From: Aotus nancymaae
Taxonomy: Eukaryota
Assembly (NCBI RefSeq): GCF_030222135.1
Contig: NW_026988463.1
Coordinates: forward strand, 27,048,907 to 27,112,906
DNA length: 64,000 nt
Direction: 5' to 3'
Positions 32,901 through 48,575 of this stretch are shown here, in pieces (within the stretch, counting starts at the first letter, position 1; every line of letters begins with the position of its first letter). Both the position numbers and the translations under genes were made by a program. Under the pieces are notes generated by a model. It saw nothing but the letters and a program-made list of their open reading frames with translations, was not told where the DNA came from and did no database searches.

Positions 32901-33119
32901 CTGTAAGAAGAGACCCGGACATCCAGCACTCCTGCCTCCAACCCAGGGGCCCGTCCTGGCCAGTCAGCAGCTCTAAGGGTCTTAAATGCCAGGTTTTGTG
33001 GTCGTCCCTCCTTTCTTTCCAGAAAGTGGCCACAGTATAATTACAATACAGTCCTGGAGGAGGAAGTGCTAGGAGATTGGGGAAATGCTACTGTGAGTAG
33101 TGTGACCCCATCTGGTTGT

Positions 33120-33705
33120 TTTTTTTTGAGACAGAGTCTCACTCTGTCACCCAGGCTGGAGTGCGGTGGTGTGATCTCAGTTCGCTGCAACTTCTGCCTC
33201 CCAGATTCAAGTGATTCTTGTGCCTCAACCTCCTGTGCAAACTGCTGGAATTACAGGCGTGCGCCACAATACTGGGCTTTTTTTTTTTTTTTTTTTTTTT
33301 TTGAGATGAAGTCTCACTCTCACCAGGTTGGAATGCAGTGGCATAATCTCGGCTCAATGCAACCTCTGCCTCGGGTTCAAGCAATTCTCCTGCCTCAGCC
33401 TCCAGAGTAGCTGGGATTACAGGTGCGCACCACCACGCCTGGCTAATTTCTGTATTTTCAATAGAGACATGGGGTTTCGCCATGTTGGCTAGGCTGGTCT
33501 CAAACGCTTGAGCTCAAGTGATCTGCCCACCTCAACCCCCCAGAGTGCTGGAATTACAGGTGTGAGCCACTGCGCCTGGCCAGACCCATCATTTTATTTT
33601 ATTTTTATACAGACAGCACTGGTCTTGAACTCCTGACCTCAAGTAGTCCTCCTGCCTTGGCCTCCCAAAGTGCTGGTATTTGAGGAATGAGCTGTGGCAC
33701 CTGGC
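33120..33705 (-). repeat. Alu cluster: a partial Alu, a full Alu (33287-33592) and a partial Alu
   Basis: Three consecutive segments matching the reverse complement of the Alu consensus, with poly-T tracts. Confidence 0.85.
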
Positions 33706-34264
33706 TGCAACCCCTCATTTTAGAGAAAAGAGAAGGCTTCCTGGAGGAAATGGTGTTTCCTCCTGGGCTTTCTGACAGTTTGACTCAACAGCTTACTGTG
33801 TGATAGTAAGCTATTACTGTCTCCCCACAAGGTATAAGATTAAAGATGATCCTGGCCCAAGGACCACATGGCTGAGTGTGGTGAGGAAAGTGAGCAGCCA
33901 ACTCAAATGATGGGGCAATAGGAAGGCATCCCAGAGGAGGTGTGGCACTTGAACATTTGAATCCTGGCGACTGAATAGGAGTTTGTCAAGAGGTGGTAAG
34001 GGGGAAGGGGATTCTAGGTTGAAAAGAACAGCACGTGTGGCATCTGCCAGGATTAGCCAGAAGGCTTTCATGATTTAGAGCACAGAGAGAGGGGAGGAGA
34101 GGAAGGATCTGGAACTGATTCTGAGGTCAGTGTGCCCTGAAGTGTAGGACACATCCAGCTGGCAGCACAGGGGATTATTTGGGGCAAAACAAGGTCATGG
34201 CATCGAATAACAGAAAATTATTTCCTTTGCCATTTTCTTCCAGTCTTTAAGGCATCAAAAAGTG

Positions 34265-34545
34265 CCAGGTACAGTGGCTCACAGCTGTGATCTCAGCACT
34301 TTGGGAGCCCAGGGCAGGAGGATCACTTGAGCCCAGGAGTTTGGGTCCAGCCTGTCTTTACACAAATTTTTTAAAAATTAGCTGAGCATGGTGGTGGGCA
34401 CCTGTGGTCCCAGCTACTCAGGAGGCTGAGGCGAGAGGATCACTTGAACCCAGGAGGTCAAGGCTGTAGTGAGCCACGTCTGTGCCACCACACATTCCAG
34501 CCTGAGTGACAGAGTGAGACCGTGTCTCAAAAAAAAAAAAACAAC
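34265..34545 (+). repeat. Alu SINE (older, AluJ-like)
   Basis: Diverged Alu consensus. Confidence 0.85.
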
Positions 34546-34649
34546 AACAACTCAGTTTGGTGCTACTATAACTTCGACACCCCACTAACATTGCTCCCTT
34601 TTAAAATATAAAGTGTAGGCTTCAGGCTTAGAGAGACTAGAGCACTTGA

Positions 34650-34978
<329 letters not shown>

Positions 34979-35008
<30 letters not shown>

Positions 35009-35302
35009 AGACAAAGTTTCACTCTTGTTGCCCAGGCTGGAGTGCAATGGCCCGATCTCACTCAGCTCACTGAAACCTCTGCCTCCTGGGTTCAGGCAAT
35101 TCTCCTGCCTCAGCCTCCGAAGTAGCTGGGATTGCAGGCATGCACCACTATGCCTGGCTATTTTTTTTTTTTTTTTTTTTTCAGTGGAGACGGGGTTTCT
35201 CCATGTTGGTCAGGCTGTTCTCGAACTCCCCACCTCAGATGATCTGCCAGCCTCAGCCTCGCAAAGTGCTGGGATTACAGGCATGAGCCACCTCGCTGGG
35301 CC
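34979..35302 (-). repeat. Alu SINE
   Basis: A 30-nt poly-T followed by the reverse complement of the Alu consensus. Confidence 0.9.
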
Positions 35303-35344
35303 TGTCCAGGCTTTTTATGAGTACTTCTATTCAATTTCTTTTAG

Positions 35345-35622
35345 GCCAGGCGCAGTGGCTCACACCTGTGTAATCCCAGCACTGTGAGAGGCCAAGGCGG
35401 GTGCATGATGAGGTCAGGAGTTCGAGATCAGCTTACCCAACATGGTGAAACCCCATCTCTATGAAAAACACAAAATTAGCTGAGCGTGGTGGCACGCGCC
35501 TGTAATCCCAGCTACTCAGGAGGCTGAGGCAGGAGAATCGCTTAAACCCGGGAGGCTGAGGTTGTAGTGAGCCAAGATGGCACACTACACTCCAGCATGG
35601 GTGACAGAGCAAGACTCTGTCT

Positions 35623-35653
<31 letters not shown>
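35345..35653 (+). repeat. Alu SINE, about 260 bp from the ASPHD1 exon 1 donor
   Basis: Alu consensus with a 30-nt A tail. Confidence 0.9.
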
Positions 35654-35655
<2 letters not shown>

Positions 35656-35914
35656 CTTTCAAATAAATAAGTAAAACAAAAGGTCGGGGGATAGCCAAGG
35701 TGAAGAAATGTAGGACAGGTGGCAAAGACCACGGCAAAGATTATGAAGATGGTGTGCAGATAACGGAGGCTCAGGAAATGCTGCTGTGGGCGGCAACGGG
35801 GAGCCATGGAAGAAGAGAGTGAGAACCAGAGAGCAAACAGCTCTGTGCGGAGAGGAGGGTCTGGGGGGAAAATCATGGAGGCAAGGAGGTGGTCAGTAGG
35901 TGGCAGCTACTTAC

Positions 35915-36791
35915 CCAGATGGCATCTGACCCGGGCATTGGTGGGCCCGCAGCGGCCCTCAAGCCGGGCCCCAGGCAGGAGGACGGAAAAGCCGGCATTG
36001 CCGAAGGTGTTGGCACTCATAAAGCTTCGAAGTCCCCTCAGTGCCCGATAGGCCCCCGGGCACCGGCGGCAGTTGCTGGGTTGGCACCGGCCTGCTTGGT
36101 ACAGCAGGAGCTGGTAGCACCCGGGGGCCAGAGGTGGGGACCAGCCCCGAGGCGGGGGGGTAGTCCCTGAGAAGTCCCAGCTCACAACCCCGAAGTCCCG
36201 CAAAATGGCAGGGAAGCTGCTCTCCAGGAGCTCCACGTCGTGCCGCTGGGCGTCCCGCGGCACAAAGGGGGCTGAAGGCAGGTCTGGTAGGAAAAGCAGG
36301 CCTGGGCGCTGAATGCCTAGGACCCCTGGCCCTCCCCCGGGGCCTGGGCCACCCTGAGCCGCCCGCCTCACTCTACCCATCCCAGCCCAGGAGTAGCGCC
36401 GGGCGTAGGCCCGAAGCCGCCGGCTCACTAGGCCTTCTGTCCTAGGTCCTTCCCCGGGCTCCCCAGGACCCCTTGAGCTTGGCCCGCCAGCCTCCGAGCA
36501 TCCCACAGGCCCACCACGAACACCCCCAGCCCGACTCCCAGCCCCCAGGGCCTGCATGTCTTGGGAACCCAGGCGGTAGCAGTACCAGAGGAACAGAGAA
36601 GTGAGGGCCCCAAGGAGCAAGGTGAGGGCCGAGGAGGCCAGAGGCAGTGGCCATGGGAGCATTGTCAGGGAGGCCCTGGCCAAGAGGCCTGGAGCGTCCT
36701 CCGGACCCCAGTTCCTCTGTCCTCCCAGGTCCCCACCTGTCCCTTCCATGGCTGTCCCCTGGCTCCCCGATGGGCTGTTTCCCTTCCACAT
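35915..36791 (-). CDS. ASPHD1: ASPHD1 coding exon 1 (first in-frame ATG at 36791; true start uncertain)
   Basis: The 294-aa - strand ORF MWKGNSPSGSQGTAMEGTGGDL...MLPWPLPLASSALTLLLGALTSLFLWYCY (TM)...GRCGPTNARVRCHLG ends at donor ctgg|gtaagt. An in-frame stop 24 codons upstream (complement of 36861-36863) bounds the possible start. Confidence 0.75.
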
Positions 36792-36829
36792 TCCACTCTG
36801 GGCTCTCTCCTTCCGCGGTCCTCTCTCCT

Positions 36830-37260
36830 CTCTCCACGCTGAAGCTCCTTCTCCCCTCCTTCATGCACCTCCTAACCCTCCTCTCCCTTTCTCTCCTCTC
36901 TTCTCTCTCCTTCTGCCTTTTCCTCCTCTCCCTCTGTCGCCTCCTCTCCCTCTTCTTTCTCCTTTCAGCAGCCTCCTCTCTGTCCCTCTGCTTCTCTCTC
37001 CCCCCCTTGGTCTCCCCCTTTCCTTCTCCCCCCACCCACCCCCGCTTTTCGCTCGCTCTCTCCCTCCCCGCTTCCTCCTAGCTCCCCTGGGCAGCAGTTC
37101 CTACCCCTCCTGGACCTGCAGCCCCGAAAACCCGCAGCCTGTCTTCCTCCGTGGCAGCTTCTTTCTCTCCTGCTCTTTCCTTGCCCTCGCTCCTCACTCG
37201 CCCCGACCCTGCGGTCCTGCCTGGCTCTGGCTCCCTCTCTCCTACTCGCTCCTTCCTTGG
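36830..37260 (-). repeat. Homopurine (GA-rich, - strand) / homopyrimidine (CT-rich, + strand) tract of about 420 bp in the ASPHD1 5' region
   Basis: The + strand is almost pure C/T (ctcctctccctttctctcctctcttctctc...). It generates artefactual Pro/Ser-rich + strand ORFs and Arg/Glu-rich - strand ORFs. Confidence 0.85.
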
Positions 37261-37467
37261 CTCCCACTCACCCTGACGTCACTCCTTCCCGGAGCCCTCT
37301 CAGCTCAGCCACCCCCGACCCCTCCCAGTGGCGCTGCAAGTCAGCCGGGGGCCGGGGGAGGGGGAGAGTCGTCTCAGGTTGTGTCTCCCGCCCCCCAGCC
37401 CGGAAAGGGCGCCACGTGGGGCGCAGGGGCCAAGGTGCCAGCCTCCAGCCGCCCCGCAGTGCGAAAG

Positions 37468-37515
37468 AAGGGGCGGGGCCTGAGGGGGGCGGGGCCTGTG
37501 GGGCGGGGCGGGGCG
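37468..37515. promoter_or_regulatory. Cluster of four Sp1-type GC boxes (GGGGCGGGG)
   Basis: aaggggcggggcctgaggggggcggggcctgtggggcggggcggggcgagc. Confidence 0.6.
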
Positions 37516-37676
37516 AGCTCGGGCTGACAGCCGGGCAAACTCCCGGGACTGCGGGCAAGGACGCCAAGGCCAGTCCGTCGGGCGGCCGGTCCCTCGGTCG
37601 GTCGGCCTGTGACTCCCGCTGGCCCTGGGCCAGTCCGGGAGCCCGCGAGCCCGGCGGACACCTAAAGCGGCCTCAG

Positions 37677-37690
37677 CCAATCGTGGGCGG
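37677..37690 (+). promoter_or_regulatory. CCAAT box followed by a GC box
   Basis: cagCCAATcgtGGGCGGcg. Confidence 0.4.
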
Positions 37691-37935
37691 CGCCAGGCCG
37701 GACCAGCCCCGGCTGGGCGAGGGGAGCTGTCCGCGCGCCACTGGTGCTGAAAAGAGCGCTCGGGAGGGAAAATCAGGGCCGAGGCCGCCTGTTAGCTGGC
37801 CCGGGTCATGGTGTATGGAAGAGGAGGGGTCTATCTCTCCTTCCCAAACCCCGGACCGTCACCCACGAGACTTCTCACAATCGTGGAAGCTGGCCATTCT
37901 CCTGGGGGAGGGAGAGCCCATTCCACCCGAACTGC

Positions 37936-37943
37936 TATAAAAG
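37936..37943 (+). promoter_or_regulatory. TATA-like element (TATAAAAG) within the CpG island
   Basis: ctgcTATAAAAGgcgaagg on the + strand, about 860 nt upstream of the SEZ6L2 ATG. Confidence 0.3.
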
Positions 37944-38790
37944 GCGAAGGGAAGCCCCGTGGGGAGTCTGGATGTGTACAGGGGGCATAATGGGGGGCCG
38001 AGCAGGCGTGAACCAAGCTGTGCAGCCCCTCGGCGCCCTGGGAAAAAGAGATTCAGATTCCAGATGTGCTGGAATGGCAGGGGGAGGGGGCTAATTACTG
38101 CTGGGACCAGAGAGTTTCCTTTGCCTCCCCTAGGGGCCGCGGGAGTAAGGATTACAGCCCTGGCTCGTATGATCCCTCCCTCCTCCATCTGCACTTCCTC
38201 CTCCTCCCTCCCCGTCAAATAAATCCCAGGCCCCTCCCTTCGCCCGTCCCCAGGATCTGACGTGGGCTCGATACCTTTCTCAGCTTCTCCCTCCCTCAGC
38301 TCCAGTGTCCGAGCTTCGGCTCTCCCAGTTCCCCAACCCACCCCTTCCCTTCCCCGACAAGCCCCGCTAGAGTCCAGAGGGGACCCCCCCATCCTCGACC
38401 CCACCCTAGGCCCCCAGAAGCTGCCTTCCTCCTCCTCAGTCCCCTAGCTTGTGGTTCAGCCAGCCCGGTGGATCCAGGCGCCTGAGCAGGAGGGTAACCC
38501 AGGCCACCCGGCCCCTTCGGCCCTCTCGGCCCCACCCCCTGCAGCCGGAGCCGCGCCCCCTCTACCACAGAGCCTGGAGCAGAGGACAGAGGAGACTGAG
38601 CAAAGAGGGGTGGGCTCCAGGCGACCCCTGCCCAATTCGGCCCCTCCATCCCAAGGGGCAGAGAAATTGTCTTTCTTTGCTGACTCCTGCGGGGGGGTGG
38701 AAAAAGATTTAAAGGGAAAGATAAAAGGAAACGGAGAAAAGGTGGCAGCCAGATTACTTAGAGAGGCACAGAGGAGAGAGATCGGGGTGA

Positions 38791-39042
<252 letters not shown>

Positions 39043-39750
39043 TAACCCTCAATAGTGAGAAGCCAGGGAAATTAATGAGATAAGCTTTTAGCAGTGTCTC
39101 AGGGGCTAGATCCATGAAGGAGGGCTGGGAAAGTTGGGGGGATGTCTGCGGAGGCGGCAGAAGCATGGAGGGACCTGAGTGGGAGATGGAGGTGCTGAGA
39201 GAGATGCCAGGCTCTGCACACACAGATGTTCTTGGATGTACGGACAAAGACAGATGAGCAGAGGCAGGGCTCAGAGACCAGATATTGAGTCCTCCACTCT
39301 GAACCCCAGCGAGACTCCAGGGAAGGAGGCAGAGACTGCAGAGGACCAGAGAGAGACAGAGTGAGGGGGTGGGGTGGGAGAGAGAAAAGACAGCCACACT
39401 GCAGAGACAGAAGCCCAGAGAGAAAGCCGGGCACTGCGGAAGCCAGGGCTGGGAGGTGCAGCCAGACCCTCTGCAGAGCCCCAGGGCTTGGGGAAGATCA
39501 CCACTGAGGTGAAAGGGAAGGCAGTACCAGCACCCCTTCTGCCTTGCTGGCGCTGTCCAGGGTTCATAAGCGCTAAGGTGTTCACTGAAGGCCCACCCAG
39601 CCCCGGGAGAGGGGAGGGGAAAGAAGAGGTGTGGGAGTGGGAGTGTGAGGGCAGCTGGGAGCCCTTCCTCCGATCTTGGCTCTCAGCTGAGCCTGGGACC
39701 CTCTGAGCCCCTGCAGGCCCAGTTGATGGAGGAGGGAGGGAGAGTTCTAG

Positions 39751-39978
<228 letters not shown>

Positions 39979-40620
39979 TAGAGGTGGAGGGAGGGACATG
40001 GGCTCAGGGAGATGGGGAGCCAGGCTGGAGAAGAGCAGGCAGAGAGAGATGCAGAGGAGGCAAGAGCCTGCAGGAAGGCCGGTGAGATTCAGGGGACACA
40101 GAACAAGACCGTCAGAGAAAGTCAAAGCTGGGCACAGACAGAACCAGAGAAAGAGATAGAATGATCTGGAGATGGTCAGACAGAAAAACAGACACATAGA
40201 AAGAGAGATGGAAAATGAGAACCAGAGTCAAAGTAATGGTGGAAGACAGAGGGAGAGAGAATGAAACACAAAAACTAGTGGATCTTGAATCAAGACATCA
40301 GACTGCAATCAGAATACTAAACAGGGAAACGAGGAAATAAAGAGTTCCAGAGAGAGGGAGACAGAGGAGAGAGGAGATAACCAGAGAGAGAGCCCGATCT
40401 GAACGATCTGACCAGGAGGCAGAGAGAGGCTTACGGAGAGAAGCATCAGGGTGGAAGGGGCTGGGTGGAGAGAAGGGATGGAAATAGAAACAGGGGGAAC
40501 TCAGGCTGTGAAAGTCTTGGGAGGATGTGAGGGGTTGGGGTGGGGAAGGGAAAAGTGGGGTGCTGTACCTTGTAGGGCAGGCTTTGGGGGTACAGCAGGG
40601 GAACCCCTAGTTTCCCCTAG

Positions 40621-41007
<387 letters not shown>

Positions 41008-41234
41008 TAGGGGTGGGAGCACCAGCAAGGTACATGCTAGGGAAGGATGGGAGAGAGGCTGCTGGGAACTGTGGAAGGAGTCCTGGATACAGATGGGAGG
41101 ACTTCTGATATTAGTAATAACAAAGGAAGCATTTCTGTATCCTTACTACGTAGCAGGCAGCGTTCCATGTGTTTCAGCTATATTACAGTTGGGGAAGGGA
41201 GTTCTGGCTCAGGTGAGAGAAGGACCATTGCTTA

Positions 41235-41540
41235 AAAGATGGTGAGGGGGTGCAGCAGCACACACCTGTAATCCCAGTGCTTTGGGAGGCCGAGGCAGGA
41301 GGATTGCTTGAGGCAGGTGTGAGTCCAGCCTGGGAAACATGGCAAGACCCCATCTCTACAAAAAATTTTAAAAATTGGCTCAGCATGGTAACGCGCAATT
41401 GTGGTCCCAGCTACTCAGGAGGCTGAGGCGGGAGGGTCAGTTGAGCTCAGGAGTTTGAGACTGCAATGAGCCATGATTGCCCCACTGCACTCTAGCCTGG
41501 GTGACAGAACAAGACCCTGTCTCAAAACAAAAGAAAAAAT
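41235..41540 (+). repeat. Alu SINE (AluJ-like; SEZ6L2 intron 3)
   Basis: Diverged Alu consensus; TSD aaaagatggtgag. Confidence 0.85.
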
Positions 41541-41571
41541 GGTGAGAGATGCTGAGGGGCAGCATCTCTGA

Positions 41572-41862
<291 letters not shown>

Positions 41863-42050
41863 TGACCTGGGAGCCAAAGAACCTGTTTGATGATTCAGGT
41901 GACCTCAGAAACTCTTCGAGATTTCTACAACTTGGGCAGCAGCACGGTGCCGTTTGGCTGCTACACACAGGGCAAAGGCACAGGAGAGGGACTTTGGAGG
42001 TCAAACCCCTGGCTGACTTGCCCTGGCGGGTCTGTGTCTGGCTTCTCTAG

Positions 42051-42338
<288 letters not shown>

Positions 42339-43021
42339 TGAGGGGAGCTTTTCCTCCTTTCTGCAACCCTGGGGGGCAGGGCCCTCAGAGGAGACCCAGG
42401 CACATTTATCTCACACACTCACAGATCCATGCACATGTCCAAGGGGCAGTTCATCCATTGAACCCAACAAATGTTTATCAACTGCTGGCTTCATACCAGC
42501 CCCTGTGTTAGGCTTGGAGGAGGAATGAATACACCAGGTATAAATCTGGCTTCAATGAGCTCAGAATCTAGGTAGGAAGACAGAAGAGTCAGCGGGATGG
42601 TTATAATTCAAGGAGATAAGGAGTATGATGGAGGAAACGCCAGCGGGGGCAGCGCATAGCTAAGGGACCTAAATTTCTCCCAAGGAATATGGGGACATCT
42701 TCTTGGAGGAGATGATGACTAAGCTGAGACCCAAAGGATAAATTCGCCAGAGAAAGGGTGTGAGGGAGGGAGAGAAGGAGGGAGGCAGATGGCTAGGTGG
42801 ATGAAAAAGCACACTCCAAGACCCAGCAAGAGAAGTTGTGACCCCCAGATGAGGTGAAGGAATTCAGCATGAAAGATAGAATTGTCCTAGCTGTGTGATC
42901 TGGGACAAGTTACTTAACTTTTCTGTGCCTCATGATCTCATCTGAAAAATAGGGATCACAATACTTGGCATTATGGGGAAGATCAAATGAATTAATACAT
43001 GTCAAGTGTTTAAAACAGTGT

Positions 43022-43320
43022 GTGGCCTGGTGTGGTGGCTCATGCCTGTAATCTCAGCACTTTGGGAGGCTGAGGCGGATGGATCACCTGAGGTCAGGAG
43101 TTCAAGACCAGCCTGGCCAACATGGCAAAACCCCATCTCTACTAAATATGCAAAAATTAGCCGGGCATTGTGGCTGGCACCTGTAATCCCAGTTACTTGG
43201 GAGGCTGAGGCAGGAGAATCATTTGAACCCAGGAGGTGGAGGTTGCAGTGAGCAAGAGATTGTGCCATTGCACTCCAGCTTAGGCAACAAGAGTGAAACT
43301 CCGTCTCAAAAACAAAACAA
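43022..43320 (+). repeat. Alu SINE (SEZ6L2 intron 5)
   Basis: Alu consensus; TSD aaaacagtgtgtgg. Confidence 0.9.
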
Positions 43321-43522
43321 AACAGTATGTGGTACACAGAGAGACTTCAAAACTGTCAGTCACTGCTATTACCGTCAAAGCACAGAAAGAGATGAAGGAG
43401 AAACAGGCCAGAGACCAGGTCGGGAGACAGGTCAGCTTCAGACCATAAAGAGCCTTATCTGCTTCAGTAAGGAGTTCAATTACTTCAGCCTGCAGGTGTG
43501 ACAGGGAGACATTTGAATTTTT

Positions 43523-43812
43523 TTTTTTTTTTGAGACAGTCTTACTCTGTCACCCAGGCTAAAGTGCAGTGGTGATGATCTTGGCTCACCGCAACCTCCG
43601 CCTCCCGGGTTCAAGTGATTCTCCTGCCTCAGCCTCCCGAGTAGCTGGAATTACAGGCACCTGCTACCACACCTGGCTAATTTTTATATTTTTAGTAGAG
43701 ACAGGGTTTCACTATATGGGCCAGCTGGTCTTGAACTCATTACCTCAAGTGATCCACCTGCATCACCCTCCCAAAGTGCTGGGATTACAGGTGTGAGCCA
43801 CTGCGCCAGGCC
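43523..43812 (-). repeat. Alu SINE
   Basis: Reverse complement of the Alu consensus. Confidence 0.9.
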
Positions 43813-44937
43813 TAATTTGAAATGTTTTAAGCAGGAAAGTGAGAGCCTCAGATTTGCAACTTGGGTATGTTCTAGCATACGTGTGTGCATGAGACTGCTG
43901 TCTTCCTATGCTTCATGGAGACAGAGCGAGAACAGTGTGTCGGATCAGTGTCCCCTTCACATCACTGCGTGGCCTTGGCTGCTGTCATGCACTCTGCCCT
44001 CCTTGCAAGCTCTGCTGACTGCAGATGCCTTGTGTGCCTCATCCGGGATACACCCTGAATCCTGTTCTCACGTCCTCTCCAGCCTCTCCTGAGGCCTCTG
44101 CTTAGGACCTGCCCCAGGGGCTCATGTGTGTGTGTGTGCGCGTAGCAAAGGTGCCTATTCGTGACTGGGGTAGGGGAGGGCAGTTAGCTGGGGCATGTAT
44201 TTGGCAGTAGGGACCTGGTTATTGCGGAGCAAGAGCTTGCCTGGAGGGCCGGGGCAAGTGCTGGACTTCAGCTATTGCGATATCTGAAGATATGGCTCCC
44301 CACTGGCTCCTTTAAGCAGCCTCTTCCCCAGGGCATTGAAAATAGGACTCCTTAGGCTAAGTGGAACATTTGGGGAAGCAGGGCTATTGCATAAATTGGC
44401 CTTCATTGCTCAGTCTTTCCTGCTTTGCAGCTGCGCCGGGCACCTTTGGGACCGAGGCCCTGTTTCAGCCCTTTCCAACTTGCACTAGCTGGGGCCTCTG
44501 GTCCAGAGTGGCCTCATTAGCTTCTCTGAAAAGCCAAAGGCTCCCTCACCCCTCACCCCAAGTGCAGCAAACTTTCCCATTCCACAGCCCTTTCACCAGC
44601 CGTTGTTTCATTTGTTTCTCACAGCAACCCCGAGAGTGGCCATTGTTGGTTCCATCTCTCAAAGGAAGAAAAAGACTCAAAGGTTATGTAGATTGCTCAG
44701 CCACCTGCACGTTTATTGCAGCCAGACACCAGATCCCCGAGTCCCTGGCTCCCAGTCATTCATTAATTGAGGCTGAGGGGCGGGTGATTAACATTTTCTC
44801 AGCAGCTTCTATGTGCCAGGTGCTTTGCGTGTTTCTTTTATTTAATTTTCAGGCCAATCCTCGCTGATAGGAATTATTATTGCTGTTAATAGGTGAGAGG
44901 CCCCTAGAGATGAAGTCACCTGCTCAAAGTCATGTAG

Positions 44938-45288
<351 letters not shown>

Positions 45289-45344
45289 GCCTTTTAGGAC
45301 GCAAAATAAATAAGGCTTGGGCCAGTGGTAAAAGACCATGGTTA

Positions 45345-45640
45345 GGCCAGGCACAGTGGCTCATGCCTGTAATCCCAGCACTTTGGGACGCCGAGGCGGG
45401 TGGATCACCTGAGGTCAGGAGTTCGAGACCAGCCTGGCCAACATGGTGAAACTCCATCTCTACCAAAAATACAAAAATTATCCAGGCATGGTGGCGCACG
45501 CCTGTAATCTCAGCTACTCAGGAGGCTGAGGCAGGAGAATCACTTGAACCCAAGAGACAAAAGTTGCAGTGAGCCGAGATCGAGCCCCTGCACTCCAGAC
45601 TGGGTGACAGAGTGAGACTCTGTTTCAAAACAACAGCAAC
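45345..45640 (+). repeat. Alu SINE
   Basis: Alu consensus. Confidence 0.9.
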
Positions 45641-46582
45641 AAAAAACAATGATTAATGTGATGACAAAATCACGCGTGCAGGATTGTATATAGGTAAGAG
45701 AGCAAATAACTGTTGGAGAGATGTAGAGTCAGGCAGGCTTCCTGGAAGAGATGGTACGTAAGCCCCCCAGTCTGATCTCTTAAAAGATGAGAAAGTAGGA
45801 GGAGGAGGGGACAAGCAAAAATATGGAGGTGGAAATTTGAGGAGTCACAAAACTGTGTTGTGTAGGCTATATTGGTCTTGGGAGCTCAACCCTGAAGCTA
45901 GAATGTGCTGCGCTGCATTTAACTGTGGAAGGGGCTTGAATGTCAAACTAAAGCATTCAGACTTGATTCTGTTGACCATGGGCAGCCATTTCAGAGGCTA
46001 CCATGTATTGAAACCACTGTGTTCTAGAAGGTTGTTCTTATGTCTGTCTCAGTAGACGATGGACTCCTGAGGACAAGGCCTGGATCTTTTTCATCTCTTT
46101 GTCCTCAGGGCCCAACCAAGGAAATATTTGTTGAATTTTGACATAGGGAGAAACCAGGTCTCTTACAGAATCACTGAGGGCCAGAGAGACAGAAAAAGCA
46201 AAGGCCCAGCCAAGCCGGTGTCTCCAGAGCCCTCTGCTAACCAGAGCCTGCCCCTCCTACAAGACACAGCTTAGCTGTAGTTCGTAGTTCATTTATTTGC
46301 CTGAGGTCACGCAGCAAATGAGTAGTGGGGTCCAGAATAACTTGTTTGAACCTCAGATACCTCATCTATAAAATGGGGGCCAAAAAGGGTAAATTACAAA
46401 GAGTAGGGGAGATACAGGATGCTGGAATCTCCTCTTCGTGAGGCAAGATGCCGGTGTGAGGAGCTCCTATTCCTCAGTACGTGTGCCAGTATGGAGCCAG
46501 CGTGTGCCTCTGGCGGGCTGGCCTGGAAGGAGAGTGGGGAAGTGCTGGGGGGTTGGTACGAGAGGGTGGCATGGGAAAGTGA

Positions 46583-47400
<818 letters not shown>

Positions 47401-47473
47401 AGTGGGATACAACAGCTCTGAAAACGGGCCGAGGCACCGAGGAGAAGGATGAGTCACCTCAGGCTGGCCTTAA

Positions 47474-47665
<192 letters not shown>

Positions 47666-47926
47666 TGAGGGTCTGGGTCTTGGGTCAGAAGTCCCCACCT
47701 CAGGGAAGTAGGGAGGCTAAGTGGGGACTCAGACACAGCGGGGGTGTGGTTGAGATATGCATCACAGTTTAGTCCTAAGCCTTTCTTGGGAAGTGTAGCT
47801 GTGCAACCTTAGACAAATCACTTAACTTCTCTGTGCTTCAGTTTTCTCGACTGTAAAATGGAGATAACAGTACCACCCTCTTCAGGTTTCTGTGAGGATA
47901 AAATGCATGAAGTTATGTAAAGTAAG

Positions 47927-48215
47927 GCCAGACTTGGTGGCTCATGCCTATAATCCCAGCACTTTGGGAGACCGAGGCCTGTGGATCACGAGGTCAGGAG
48001 TTCGAGACCAGTCTGGCCAGCATGGTGAAACCCCATTTCTACTAAAAAATACAAAAATTAGCTGGGCACAGTGGCAGGTGCTTGTAATCCCAGCTACTCA
48101 GGAGGCTGAGGAAGGAGAATGGTTTGTACTCAGGAGGCGGAGGTTGCAGTGAGCCGAGATCGCACCATTGCACTGTGGCCTGGTGACAGTGTGAGACTCC
48201 ACTAGAAAAAAAAAT
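47927..48215 (+). repeat. Alu SINE (SEZ6L2 intron 7)
   Basis: Alu consensus. Confidence 0.9.
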
Positions 48216-48260
48216 TATGTGAAGTCCTTAGAATGGTGCCTAGGACAATAAGCACTATAA

Positions 48261-48575
<315 letters not shown>

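Noticed and set aside
36601-37527. A 308-aa + strand ORF (Pro/Ser/Leu-rich) and overlapping 144-aa and 227-aa + strand ORFs opposite ASPHD1 exon 1 and its 5' region
   Set aside because: They are encoded by the CT-rich side of the homopurine/homopyrimidine tract and the CpG island. Stop codons (TAA, TAG, TGA) need A or G, so they are rare in C/T-only sequence. The peptides are low-complexity and no splice structure supports them
37257-38100. ORFs of 227, 181 and 116 aa in the ASPHD1/SEZ6L2 intergenic CpG island
   Set aside because: The sequence is GC-rich promoter DNA. The ORFs are Gly/Arg/Pro-rich, overlap one another in several frames and on both strands, and have no domain or splice support
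44361-44867. A 168-aa + strand ORF in SEZ6L2 intron 5
   Set aside because: No recognisable similarity, no flanking splice consensus that joins it in frame to SEZ6L2 exons, and the exon count already sums to the 923-aa isoform
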